Assembly: GCA_949290515.1 (NCBI GenBank)
Contig: CASERZ010000002.1
Location: 75,221-139,220, forward strand
Direction: 5' to 3'
DNA length: 64,000 nt
Source: an uncultured Christensenella sp.
GTDB lineage: Bacteria > Bacillota > Clostridia > Christensenellales > UBA3700
Positions within the stretch are counted from its first letter, which is position 1; the number at the start of each line of letters is the position of its first letter. Shown one piece after another: positions 1 to 8,908 of this stretch. The notes under the pieces were generated by a model that worked only from the letters and a program-made list of their open reading frames with translations, was not told the origin of the DNA and searched no databases. Position numbers and translations under genes: made by a program.

Positions 1-39
1 TAATGCGGTACGGTGTAATTATCCATACCGCCAAACAAA

Positions 40-480
40 CTATTTGTGGATGTTTTTCATTATTTTGTCAATCATTGCAAGAAAAACTTCTCTCTCTTGC
101 AAGCTGAAACCGCGGCACAACTCGTCAAGCACTTCTTCGTCCTGTCCGACAATCATTTTGTGAGTATCTTTGTATTGTTCGGTACACTCGATTTTTTTGT
201 ATCTGCGGTCGTTTTCCCCGGGCAAACATTTGATAAATCCCTTCTTTTCCAGCTTTTGTATGACGCTGGTCATAGCGGGGTGCGTAACTCTCTCTATACG
301 CTCGAGGTCGTTTTGATGGACCTCCCTTTCTCCCGACTGTTGCATAAGACTTATTGCCCCCAGCACTCTCAGCTGTACCGACGTCAATCCCATAGCACTC
401 GCTTTGTCGTCCATCTTTTTGCGAAAAGCTCTGTTGATTATAGCAATTCTCAAGCCGAAAGGCATAGGTTCTTTTATCAT
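40..480 (-). CDS. MarR family transcriptional regulator
   Basis: 146-aa ORF with a MarR-like winged-helix core (LTSVQLRVLGAI...VTHPAMTSVIQKLEKKGFI...DRRYKKI). GGAGG lies upstream of the ATG at 480. Confidence 0.85.
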   Translation of the reverse strand: MIKEPMPFGLRIAIINRAFRKKMDDKASAMGLTSVQLRVLGAISLMQQSGEREVHQNDLERIERVTHPAMTSVIQKLEKKGFIKCLPGENDRRYKKIECTEQYKDTHKMIVGQDEEVLDELCRGFSLQEREVFLAMIDKIMKNIHK

Positions 481-517
481 ACATCCTCCGCTAAAAAAAT
501 TAAGTAACCTATTACTT

Positions 518-573
518 ATTATATTCTTTTCTTAAAATTTGTCAACTAAAACTGCGCTCTGCTGACAAATTTT
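518..573 (-). promoter_or_regulatory. Putative marR promoter (TTGACA-16-TATAAT) overlapped by an inverted repeat that may be the operator
   Basis: On the minus strand the -35 is at 540-545 and the -10 at 518-523. Inverted-repeat arms AAAATTTGTCA (534-544) and TGACAAATTTT (563-573) flank it. Extra TGACAA copies sit at 581-586 and 629-634. Confidence 0.5.
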
Positions 574-630
574 TATTGTTTGACAACTGGTTCCGCTACC
601 GTATTAATAATCAAACGGCTGATGTTTCTG

Positions 631-671
631 ACAAACAAATACGGCGTCGGACATAACTGCCCGAAGCCGTA
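631..671 (-). terminator. Intrinsic terminator downstream of the lipoprotein gene
   Basis: Minus strand reads TACGGCTTCGG-loop-CCGACGCCGTA followed by TTTGTTTGT. Confidence 0.5.
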
Positions 672-691
672 TAAACAATTTCATATTTTTT

Positions 692-1429
692 TTATTCTAT
701 CGTTAATTCGGGATAGACCAAATAATTGACGGAATAAACATTGTATGCGTCTTCCCCTACTTCAACGGGCTTAAGACGTATATATCCGTTGTTAGAAGGG
801 TTTGCCTGTAAAAACAAATTGTCAACATTATCCCAAGGTATAATGAAAATCAAAGACTCTTTACCGTCAAAATTGTTTACCGTATCTATACTGCCTGCAA
901 CAAAATTGCAGGTATTTCCGCCTAGCAGAACCGAATACGAAAATCTTGCGCTGGTACCTTCGCCCAAAGCCATACTTTCATTTATTTTGTCTATGGTAAT
1001 AGCCTCTCCGAACCCCCTGTCTTCGGGATACGTAATCGTTATTGTAAGGTTATCTTTGGTGCCGACTTTGATTTGCAACCCTTTCATATAATTGTGAAAT
1101 TCAGGAATAACTTCGGTTTCGAGGTAGCTTATCAATCCGTCAACGTCTTTTGGAATTTCCGTAATACCGTTTGCTTCCCAATCAATGTCGTCCCAATACT
1201 TTTTCAACAATTCGCGAGTACTGTAATTATCTATTTTTTCATCTGCCTCATACGATACCATAGGGTCAACCCAAATTTTAGCGTCCCAATCTACCGCAAG
1301 TCCTGCCCCCGTAACAGTATAAGTCTTGCCGTAATAAGTGGGCAGAGGCTTCTGGCAAGCCGCAAAAGAAAACACAGTCATCAAAACACACAGCAGCACA
1401 CATACCGCAACAATCGTCCTCTTCTTCAT
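692..1429 (-). CDS. Hypothetical lipoprotein
   Basis: 245-aa ORF with an N-terminal signal peptide and lipobox-like FSFAAC. AAGGAG lies upstream. No recognisable catalytic motif. Confidence 0.7.
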   Translation of the reverse strand: MKKRTIVAVCVLLCVLMTVFSFAACQKPLPTYYGKTYTVTGAGLAVDWDAKIWVDPMVSYEADEKIDNYSTRELLKKYWDDIDWEANGITEIPKDVDGLISYLETEVIPEFHNYMKGLQIKVGTKDNLTITITYPEDRGFGEAITIDKINESMALGEGTSARFSYSVLLGGNTCNFVAGSIDTVNNFDGKESLIFIIPWDNVDNLFLQANPSNNGYIRLKPVEVGEDAYNVYSVNYLVYPELTIE

Positions 1430-1585
1430 AGCTTTCTCTCCTTAAATCCATAGTACAGAAAAACTTTCTCCGCGATTATATTTTACCAAATTTTACGCAT
1501 ATATGTCAATAGCGTATTTTGACAACACTGATTTTCACCCACTGCTCCGCAGTTTTTGACTATAATTCTTTTAGAATATTAATCA

Positions 1586-2413
1586 TCAGTCGTTTTTTAT
1601 CTTACCTATATATAAAAGATGATTGCTGTAAGCAAAATATTGAGGATTTTCACAAACTTTCAACGATATTTCCAAATACTTATCCCTTACTGTTTCGCTC
1701 GAACTTTCTATTTTAGTGAGTCTGGGTCCTATAAGCCCCTCTTGTCCTAAAAGCGTAATTTTTTCAAATCCGAGTTTATTAAAAAAAGGTTCGACTTCCA
1801 AGCTGTTAATAAAAGTTGCTTTTGTAAAAGCCATACCGCTCCAAGATTCGTCTTTTGCCATATTATCAAACAAATCTAAAGCAGGTTCGTTTATAAGTTC
1901 TTCGGGATTAGTGTCCAAATAAAGGTTTAATCCTGCCGTAATCGTAATAAACGATGCAAACAAAACGCCGTCATCGTTTAAATGTCTTTTTGCCTCTGCT
2001 ATACACTTTTCCCTGTCACTTATATCGGATAAATGATATAGGGGTCCCATCACTAACACATTATCAAAAGTTCCCAACTTTAAATCGGACAAATCCCTTG
2101 CGTCGCAAACAAAAGCTTTTACATCCACCCCGTACTCTTTAAATTTTTTCTTTGCAAGTTTTATATTATTTTCACTCAAATCCACAAGAGTTACATCGTA
2201 ACCGAGTTTTGCCAAATAAATACTATATCGCCCGGGTCCACCGCCTATATCAAGTACAGTTTTGCCTTTCATATACTTTTTTAAAAAATGTTTTGCTATC
2301 TCAAATTCAAAATGAAAACCTTCCAAGCGTTCCCACTCAGTCACACAGTTTTTATTGTAATTTTCTCTCACGATTGACGTATCATCCGATACTGTATGTT
2401 TTTTCATTTTCAT
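1586..2413 (-). CDS. Class I SAM-dependent methyltransferase
   Basis: 275 aa with motif I VLDIGGGPGRYS and an acidic loop VTLVDLS. Confidence 0.8.
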   Translation of the reverse strand: MKMKKHTVSDDTSIVRENYNKNCVTEWERLEGFHFEFEIAKHFLKKYMKGKTVLDIGGGPGRYSIYLAKLGYDVTLVDLSENNIKLAKKKFKEYGVDVKAFVCDARDLSDLKLGTFDNVLVMGPLYHLSDISDREKCIAEAKRHLNDDGVLFASFITITAGLNLYLDTNPEELINEPALDLFDNMAKDESWSGMAFTKATFINSLEVEPFFNKLGFEKITLLGQEGLIGPRLTKIESSSETVRDKYLEISLKVCENPQYFAYSNHLLYIGKIKND

Positions 2414-2555
2414 AATACTACCCTTTTAGCTATTAATTAGTTATATTTTAACACACTTAAGTTTAAAATACAACACCCGAAATTTTGCAAACAGGTATAC
2501 TCTCAGATAGAATAGATAAGCAATATATTAATTGATTTAAGACTGATTATAACAC

Positions 2556-2585
2556 AAAAAGGCACTCGATTCCGAGTGCCTTTTT
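2556..2585 (-). terminator. Bidirectional hairpin terminator closing the tRNA/repeat region
   Basis: AAAAA-GGCACTCG-ATTC-CGAGTGCC-TTTTT, with the stem at 2561-2580. Confidence 0.6.
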
Positions 2586-3049
2586 GCGATAGCGAAGGAG
2601 CAAGGATTACAGCGAAGTTTTTTTTGACAAAAAAACGGAGCAAAGTTTCCTTTGCCGTGAGATACATATCCGATTGACTTTTGCGAACGTAGTGAGCACC
2701 CTCGCAAAAAGTTGGTAGCGACAGTGAAACGTAGTGAAGGCGTTTACAACTGAGCAGTTGAACCGAGCGTGACTTTTTGTGATAGCGAAGGAGCAAGGAT
2801 TACAGTGAAGTTTTTTTGACAAAAAAAACGGAGCAAAGTTCCCTTTGCCGTGAGATACATATCCGATTGACTTTTGCGAACATAGTGAGCACCCTCGCAA
2901 AAAGTTGGTAGCGACAGTGAGACGTCGCGAGGGCGTTTACAACCGAGCAGTCGAACCGAGCGTGACTTTTTGTGATAGCGAAGGAGCAAGGATTACAGTG
3001 AAGTTTTTTTGACAAAAAAAAACGGAGCAAAGTTTCCTTTGCTCCTGAG
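2581..3049. repeat. Tandem repeat, 193-bp unit, about 2.4 copies
   Basis: Unit starts at 2581, 2774 and 2967, an exact 193-bp period. About a dozen differences separate copies 1 and 2. The third copy is truncated at the tRNA. Each copy carries a hairpin plus T-run on the minus strand. Confidence 0.9.
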
Positions 3050-3050
3050 C

Positions 3051-3126
3051 TGGAGCTACTAGCCAGATTCGAACTGGCGACCTGTTCATTACGAGTGAAC
3101 TGCTCTACCTGCTGAGCCATAGTAGC
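3051..3126 (-). tRNA. tRNA-Thr (anticodon CGT), CCA encoded
   Basis: The reverse complement GCTACTATGGCTCAGCAGGTAGAGCAGTTCACTCGTAATGAACAGGTCGCCAGTTCGAATCTGGCTAGTAGCTCCA folds as a cloverleaf. It has a 7-bp acceptor stem, GCTC/GAGC D stem, GTTCA/TGAAC anticodon stem with loop CTCGTAA, and GCCAG/CTGGC T stem with TTCGAAT. A hairpin plus T-run follows at 3021-3047. Confidence 0.9.
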
Positions 3127-3277
3127 ATATTTATCGGTGCTTAATTATAATAGCAACTTTTTTAGGATTAAACAACTGTTTTTAGATATTTTTTTATATA
3201 ATTTTGCGGACGCGCCGCAAAATTATATAAATATATCGCTAGAATTTTTGTATCCGCATAGCGGACAGATGTGTATC

Positions 3278-4669
3278 TTAGAAGTCTGCGTTGCCCGTCG
3301 TACGAGGGAAAGGTATTACGTCGCGGATATTCTGCATACCCGTCAAGTACATAATAAGTCTTTCGAATCCCAGACCGTAACCCGCGTGCTTAACTCCGCC
3401 GAATCTTCTCAAATCGAGATACCACCAGTAATCTTCCTCTTTGAGTCCGAGTTCCTTAAGACGTGCAAGCAAGAGGTCAAGACGCTCTTCTCTCTGGCTT
3501 CCTCCTATAATTTCGCCTACGCCGGGAACGAGCAAATCCACTGCCGCAACAGTCTTGCCGTCATCGTTGAGACGCATATAGAAAGCCTTGATTTCCTTAG
3601 GATAGTTGGTTACGAATACAGGCTTGTTGAATATCTTTTCGGTAAGGTATCTTTCGTGTTCGGTCTGCAAATCCGCGCCCCAATATACGGGATATTGGAA
3701 TTCGTCCTTGTGTTTTTCGAGAATTTCTATAGCCTCGGTGTAAGTAACAGTAGCAAAATCGCTGTTTACGATATTGTTAAGTCTTTCGATAAGTCCCTTA
3801 TCCATAAAGTTGTTGAAGAATTGCATTTCCTGAGGGCACTTCTCGAGTACGTCTTTGATAACGTATTTGACCATATCTCTAGCGAGGTTCATATCGTCCT
3901 GAAGGTCTGCAAAGGCAATCTCGGGTTCAATCATCCAGAATTCTGCAGCGTGACGGTTGGTATAACTCTTCTCCGCTCTGAAAGTAGGTCCGAAGGTATA
4001 TACGTTTTTGAAAGCGAGCGCAAAGCACTCTGCGTTGAGCTGACCGCTTACGGTGAGGTTAGCGGACTTGCCGAAAAAGTCGTCGGAATAGTCTACTTTG
4101 CCGTCCTTTGTCTTAGGTACGTTGTCAAGGTCGAGAGTAGTAACTCTGAACATTTCGCCAGCACCTTCGCAATCGCTCGCGGTAATCAAAGGAGTATTGA
4201 CGTATACAAAGTTTCTCGACGCGAAGAAAGCGTGAATTGCCTGTGCCGCAACGGAACGTACTCTGAACACAGCCTGAAAAGTATTTGCTCTGGGTCTTAA
4301 GTGAGCAATCTCTCTCAAGTACTCCATCGTATGTCTTTTTTTCTGAAGAGGATAGTTAGGCGTAGAAGTAGCCTCAATCTCTATCTTCTCAGCCTTTATC
4401 TCATAGGGTTGCTGGTTTTGGGGAGTAAGAACGACTTTACCCTCTACCGTAATGCCCGCGCCTACATTCTGAGATACGGCAAGCTTGTAATTCTCCATAT
4501 CCGCGTCGGCTATTATCTGCGTAGACTTAAAGTAAGTACCGTCGTTAAGCTCGATAAAAGCGAAGTTTTTACTGTCTCTTATCGTCCTCACCCAACCTGA
4601 TACTTTTACTTGTTTATCGCCGTATTTTTCAAAATTCTGAGCTAATTGTTTTAACGTTAAAATTTCCAT
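3278..4669 (-). CDS. asnS: Asparagine--tRNA ligase
   Basis: 463 aa from the ATG at 4669 (the track's first codon is TTG at 4672). It has an N-terminal OB fold and a class II core, and ends [34 protein letters not shown], typical of AsnRS. GAGG lies 7 nt upstream. Confidence 0.95.
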   Translation of the reverse strand: MEILTLKQLAQNFEKYGDKQVKVSGWVRTIRDSKNFAFIELNDGTYFKSTQIIADADMENYKLAVSQNVGAGITVEGKVVLTPQNQQPYEIKAEKIEIEATSTPNYPLQKKRHTMEYLREIAHLRPRANTFQAVFRVRSVAAQAIHAFFASRNFVYVNTPLITASDCEGAGEMFRVTTLDLDNVPKTKDGKVDYSDDFFGKSANLTVSGQLNAECFALAFKNVYTFGPTFRAEKSYTNRHAAEFWMIEPEIAFADLQDDMNLARDMVKYVIKDVLEKCPQEMQFFNNFMDKGLIERLNNIVNSDFATVTYTEAIEILEKHKDEFQYPVYWGADLQTEHERYLTEKIFNKPVFVTNYPKEIKAFYMRLNDDGKTVAAVDLLVPGVGEIIGGSQREERLDLLLARLKELGLKEEDYWWYLDLRRFGGVKHAGYGLGFERLIMYLTGMQNIRDVIPFPRTTGNADF

Positions 4670-4953
4670 CAAATCGCCTCTTTTTATATATTCTATTAGA
4701 GTATATCACAACCTAATTCAAATTACAAACACTTTTGCTCAAAACTTGCATAAATTAAGCCTTGGATATTTGTATTTTGATTTAACGTTTTAAATAAATT
4801 TTAGCCGAAAATATCCTGACAATACCTGCCGCAAGGACTTTTTATGAATTTTAACAAATTTTACCGTTTTAAAATAATCGACACATATGCGATATTTTTT
4901 AAATCTTTACCCTGTCTTTCCGATAGATTGATATATTTTTTGCCAAAAAGGTA

Positions 4954-4982
4954 TTGCAATTGCCTAATTGATAGGGTATAAT
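4954..4982 (+). promoter_or_regulatory. Near-consensus sigma-A-type promoter (TTGCAA-17-TATAAT)
   Basis: The -35 is at 4954-4959 and the -10 at 4977-4982. It drives the orphan RNA below. Confidence 0.6.
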
Positions 4983-4988
4983 ATAGGT

Positions 4989-5176
4989 ACACATACGAGG
5001 AGCACATTGTACCGCACCTATTTATAGGGAATCCGGAGTTGGGAGTCGGCTGGCGTGCCTTGCCTTAGGGCTGAGGATTACAAAAAACTTTCACAGGATA
5101 CCCACCCTGCTACAAAGCGGGTTCAGAATTGCACTCGTATGCGTGAAAAGCCTTGCCGTTGTGCAAGGCTATTTTT
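4989..5176 (+). ncRNA. Candidate structured small RNA of unrecognised family
   Basis: The element is bounded by the promoter above and by terminator GCCTTGC-CGTTGT-GCAAGGC-TATTTTT (5150-5176). A long imperfect closing helix forms between 4990-5016 and 5117-5145, with internal hairpins. No plus-strand gene lies downstream. Confidence 0.45.
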
Positions 5177-5410
5177 CTGTCTTTCATCAAAGTCTATTGC
5201 CTACAATCAAAAGATACGGTCACTGAAAAAATATAATATTGTACCTATAATTTTATATATAATATTATTTTATCAATATATTTACACCACACAGCAAAAG
5301 CCTTAATTCAATACTTTAAATCAAGATTTGTATTCCCTTTTAATCAAAACAAAATCTGTTTTATTTTATTTACACGGTTGAATTATAACAGACTTGAAAA
5401 CATCGCGCTA

Positions 5411-5452
5411 ATACAAAAAGACAGCAACTCAGATATCCAAGTTACTGTCTTT
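5411..5452 (-). terminator. Intrinsic terminator of the 5471-6274 gene
   Basis: Minus strand reads AAAGACAGTAACT-loop-AGTTGCTGTCTTT followed by TTGTAT. The single non-Watson-Crick pair is a G-U only on the minus strand. Confidence 0.6.
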
Positions 5453-5470
5453 AATTTTCGTTTACGATTG

Positions 5471-6274
5471 TTACTTCTGTAAATTTTCGGCTATTTTCTT
5501 AAGCTTTTCTATTTGACTTTTATCCGTAAAGAAATCGGAGATATTGATTTCTTGTCCGTAATTGCCGTAATAGAATTTGCCGTCTCTCATAAGGATATAT
5601 CCGTATACTATTCCGTACTCCCCGTCTTCTTCGTAATCGAATTGTTTCTCTCCGAGTACAATTGCAAACGTAACGTCAGCGTCCTCTAAATCCATACGGG
5701 TAGATACGCACGTAGGATACTCTGCGCCGTACTCCTTGAGCGTCTGGTAATTAAAATTGAATTTGATATTTGTCGAGAACGCATTGTAAATACTGTTGTT
5801 GATTACCGCTTCGGCTTTATTGATAGCGATAACGTCTATGTTTCTGTTGCCCTCGTCGTCTATATATTTGTCAAAATCCACAGTAGAGAGATTGGACGCC
5901 TTTTGATAGTAAGCAGAGATTTTACCTTTAAGATTGATAAACTGCTGTGTTTCGTCCTCGAGGTTTCTGTACAGATAAGTACCGAATATGATTTTGTTGA
6001 GCCAACCACTGTATTCGTTGACATAACCTACAGGTTCCCCGCCCGTAGCCTTATCTTCGAAAGGTTTGAAGTATACGGGATAATACAGCTCGTCATTATA
6101 CGCGACCGCGCTGTATCTGCTTTCTCCGCAAACGGTATAGGCAACAGTTTCATACTTACCGGAAAGCGCGTCCGAGCCGCCTATAACTCTAACGGTAATC
6201 AGTCCCGCAACCAAAAGAAGTATTACGGGAGTAATAACGCAAACGGAGATAATGATTTTCATTTTGGCAGACAT
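5471..6274 (-). CDS. Hypothetical membrane-anchored protein
   Basis: 267 aa with one N-terminal TM segment (IIISVCVITPVILLLVAGLITV) and a Tyr/Asn-rich soluble domain. No family recognised. Confidence 0.6.
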   Translation of the reverse strand: MSAKMKIIISVCVITPVILLLVAGLITVRVIGGSDALSGKYETVAYTVCGESRYSAVAYNDELYYPVYFKPFEDKATGGEPVGYVNEYSGWLNKIIFGTYLYRNLEDETQQFINLKGKISAYYQKASNLSTVDFDKYIDDEGNRNIDVIAINKAEAVINNSIYNAFSTNIKFNFNYQTLKEYGAEYPTCVSTRMDLEDADVTFAIVLGEKQFDYEEDGEYGIVYGYILMRDGKFYYGNYGQEINISDFFTDKSQIEKLKKIAENLQK

Positions 6275-6295
6275 AATTGCATAATCCTCCGAAAA

Positions 6296-7291
6296 TCAGT
6301 TGTTTTTGATAGGATTGTCCATAACGGCGTCTTTATACTTCTTCGTAGGGTCGACGACGTTTTGAGCATCTCTGTAATATTTTTTACCGCAATAGTGGTA
6401 ATAATTGACGAGGTCGTAAGCCTGAGCGAATACGGTACACATCGAGACTACAATCATAAATCCTATGCCGAAAGTAAGTACTCCCACTACCGCAGAAAGT
6501 ATAAGCGCGATGAGATAAACCATAAAGTACATACCCAAAGCGTCGAGGAAGTATTTTTGAGCCACTTTGAAGTTGGCTACAAGGCTTTCTTTGAGCGTCA
6601 TATCCGATACGAGATAAGCAGGCATCCAACCGGCAAACAAAGCTCTTTTTATAGATAGCGTAAGAAGAAGCGTAAAGTATGACACCATTATACCCGCAAG
6701 ATTGTTCCACGCAGAGAACAAGAAGCCGAGACCTACGCTCAGCGATATTATGAACGCCAAAAGGACAAGCGAAAGTCCCACGTATGTCAAAGAGAATTTT
6801 ACGGATTTAGCAAGGTTTGCGACCAGATTTGACGTAAAGCCGTATTCGCTGTCCGAAGACATAAACGCATTCATTATATCCGTAACGGTATAGAGGAAAA
6901 CATAATAGAAAACAGAGAAAAGAATAATCAGCAATACGATTGCGACGATACCGCCCCAAATCGCGCCCAGATTATTTCTGAAAATTTCCACTGCGTCCTT
7001 AATCCCTTGCACGAGATTCTGATATTCAACCGTTTGACCGCCGTAGTTGTCAATCAGTCCCTCTCCGGCATCATCGCTCTGCACGCCTTTGAAGACTGAC
7101 GAGAGATACTCTTTGATAGTATCGTCAAGATTGAGAGTTCTGAGTTCTTTGACAAAAGAGCTCAAAGTAGGCGCGAGTATCGCATAGCCTATTACGCAAA
7201 ATATCACAAGTACTATAATTAGCGCAATAGCTAGCTTGTACACCAAAGAATATTTGGATATCAATATGCTGAAAGAATTTTTCGGTATCAT
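6296..7291 (-). CDS. Hypothetical multi-pass membrane protein
   Basis: 331 aa with several long hydrophobic segments. It sits 2 nt from the upstream gene, consistent with an operon. Confidence 0.65.
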   Translation of the reverse strand: MIPKNSFSILISKYSLVYKLAIALIIVLVIFCVIGYAILAPTLSSFVKELRTLNLDDTIKEYLSSVFKGVQSDDAGEGLIDNYGGQTVEYQNLVQGIKDAVEIFRNNLGAIWGGIVAIVLLIILFSVFYYVFLYTVTDIMNAFMSSDSEYGFTSNLVANLAKSVKFSLTYVGLSLVLLAFIISLSVGLGFLFSAWNNLAGIMVSYFTLLLTLSIKRALFAGWMPAYLVSDMTLKESLVANFKVAQKYFLDALGMYFMVYLIALILSAVVGVLTFGIGFMIVVSMCTVFAQAYDLVNYYHYCGKKYYRDAQNVVDPTKKYKDAVMDNPIKNN

Positions 7292-7293
7292 CT

Positions 7294-8115
7294 TTACTCC
7301 CCCTTTTGGTCCTCTCTTTCTATCTCTTCGACGTCAAAGTAAACAACGTACATAAGTATAATGATATAATTGATAATTACCCAGTAAAAAATTACAGAAA
7401 ACAAGCCTAACAGTATTTCCATATACTTAAACGGAAAGACTATCAGCAATATCATAGGTGCAGACAATATGACGGAAATCCAAAGCATTGCAAAAAATAC
7501 TCTGAAGCTTTTCGCGCTGAGTCCGTATACGGACATACCCAGCGACTTTCCTATTCCGTAACCTTTCATCGTCATATTCGGTATTGCAAGACTTGTCATA
7601 GACAAAAACCACAATTCGCAAATTGCGAAAATGACGGAAGATATTATGCACGCGGGCAAAGCGTTGGAAAATAGTTTTATCGAAGTATACAAAAACGTAG
7701 ACAGCAAAATCGACACTATTTCAAGCGATATAAAGAGTATTACGGTATACTTGAGAATCGCCAAGAAATTGTCGTTGATATGTTCCCAGAAGTTTCTTGT
7801 CCTGCCCGCAGTATACGAACCGTATCGCATTTTTTGCTGAGTAGAGCCTACTAAAAGACTGACAAACAATACCGACAATATCATAATAAACAGTATTAAT
7901 ACGTAATGCCAAGGCTGTTCGACATAGTTTATTTTTTTGAAAATCTCAATAAACGACGTATAGGTCTGCTCTTTCTTGCCTATGCTGACAATAACGTACA
8001 TCATAGAAAAAGGCTGAGCGAAAATTCCCAATAAAAGCGCAGGTATCAGCGTAAAGCCCATACATCTGAAGAAGTTTTTATAATAGAATTTAAGCGTCGC
8101 TAACGAATAGGTCAT
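7294..8115 (-). CDS. Hypothetical multi-pass membrane protein
   Basis: 273 aa with 6 or more hydrophobic segments. AAGGAG lies upstream of the ATG at 8115. Confidence 0.65.
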   Translation of the reverse strand: MTYSLATLKFYYKNFFRCMGFTLIPALLLGIFAQPFSMMYVIVSIGKKEQTYTSFIEIFKKINYVEQPWHYVLILFIMILSVLFVSLLVGSTQQKMRYGSYTAGRTRNFWEHINDNFLAILKYTVILFISLEIVSILLSTFLYTSIKLFSNALPACIISSVIFAICELWFLSMTSLAIPNMTMKGYGIGKSLGMSVYGLSAKSFRVFFAMLWISVILSAPMILLIVFPFKYMEILLGLFSVIFYWVIINYIIILMYVVYFDVEEIEREDQKGE

Positions 8116-8197
8116 AATTCTCCTTGTACGTTAAACAATTTTAAGCCGAGATTTATTTGTAAATCTCTATATTTTGCGATTTTGCGCCGAAACGCGG

Positions 8198-8854
8198 TTA
8201 TTTTCTCACAGCGTAGTTTTCTCGCACAAACTTTGTAACGTCCTGAGGGGTTTTTGCTCTGAATACTACGTTTTTGTTGTGAATATTGTCGTAATCTCCG
8301 AATCCCCAAAGACAAAGTATACAGTCCATTCCCAGCTTTTCCGCGCCCTCGACGTCGTATATCGTATCTCCTACCATAACGCAATCCTGAGGCGTAATGC
8401 CCAAACTGTCTATGGCGTAACCGAGAATATCTTCTTTACTCTCTCTTACATTATATACCAAACCTGACAGACAATCAATATAATCTTTGACTTTAAAATA
8501 TCTGAGCAGTTCGTCGGCTTCCTCGTGTTTTTTGCAGGTAGCCACTCCCGTAGCGATACCTTCGGTATCGTGGCAGTCTTTGAGCATTTCGTACACGCCG
8601 TCATAAAGACAGGATTTGTAAATAGCGTTTTCTCCTACATAAAGCTTTCTGAAGTATGCGACAGCTTCGTAAGCCTTTTCTCTGTCTTTGAGAAGTTTCG
8701 TAAAACTGTCGGAAAGCGGAGGCCCGATATATTTAGTATAGTCCTCGACGGGTACGTCCAGATTGTACTTATCGAAAGTGCGTCTTAAAATGTCGGCAAC
8801 CCCTTCGTAAGTATTGCTTATCGTGCCGTCGAAGTCAAAAAATATATATTTCAT
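8198..8854 (-). CDS. HAD-superfamily hydrolase (phosphoglycolate phosphatase-like)
   Basis: 218 aa with motif I FFDFDGTISNT and motif IV-like VGDTIYDVEGA. Confidence 0.8.
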   Translation of the reverse strand: MKYIFFDFDGTISNTYEGVADILRRTFDKYNLDVPVEDYTKYIGPPLSDSFTKLLKDREKAYEAVAYFRKLYVGENAIYKSCLYDGVYEMLKDCHDTEGIATGVATCKKHEEADELLRYFKVKDYIDCLSGLVYNVRESKEDILGYAIDSLGITPQDCVMVGDTIYDVEGAEKLGMDCILCLWGFGDYDNIHNKNVVFRAKTPQDVTKFVRENYAVRK

Positions 8855-8908
8855 AATATGATATTATTACCCGATTTTTCTCTCTCACGCACAGCGTAAG
8901 AAAGAGAA

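Noticed and set aside
2581-3049. Possible CRISPR array
   Set aside because: The units are 193 bp and contiguous with no unique spacers. There is no cas gene in the window. It is a plain tandem repeat.
2503-3120. Four overlapping 81-106-aa minus-strand ORFs (for example MLLRYHKKSRSV...)
   Set aside because: They are generated by the 193-bp repeat and by the tRNA sequence itself (MAQQVEQFTRNEQVASSNL is the tRNA read as protein). They have no RBS, and the frame is not preserved between copies.
3195-3265. Hairpins TTTTGCGG-ACGCG-CCGCAAAA and TCCGC-ATA-GCGGA as the asnS terminator
   Set aside because: Neither is followed by a U-tract on the minus strand, so I did not annotate an intrinsic terminator. 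asnS may read through towards the tRNA.
3137-4300. 387-aa plus-strand ORF
   Set aside because: It lies entirely antisense to asnS, whose translation is an unmistakable AsnRS. It is a shadow ORF with odd composition and no RBS.
4673-4953. T-box leader upstream of asnS (also considered upstream of valS)
   Set aside because: I found no T-box sequence (no revcomp match to AGGGTGGTACCGCG-type) and no specifier or antiterminator architecture. The region is simply AT-rich.
4989-5176. Interpreting the orphan RNA as a ydaO (c-di-AMP) or ykkC-type riboswitch, or as 6S RNA
   Set aside because: Only short fragmentary resemblances exist. There is no downstream gene on that strand for a cis-regulator. 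The predicted fold is a multi-hairpin junction rather than the long rod with a central bubble expected for 6S. It is kept as an unknown RNA.
5055-5306. 83-aa plus-strand ORF
   Set aside because: It starts inside the structured RNA and runs through its terminator. It has no RBS, and the tail is low-complexity and AT-rich.
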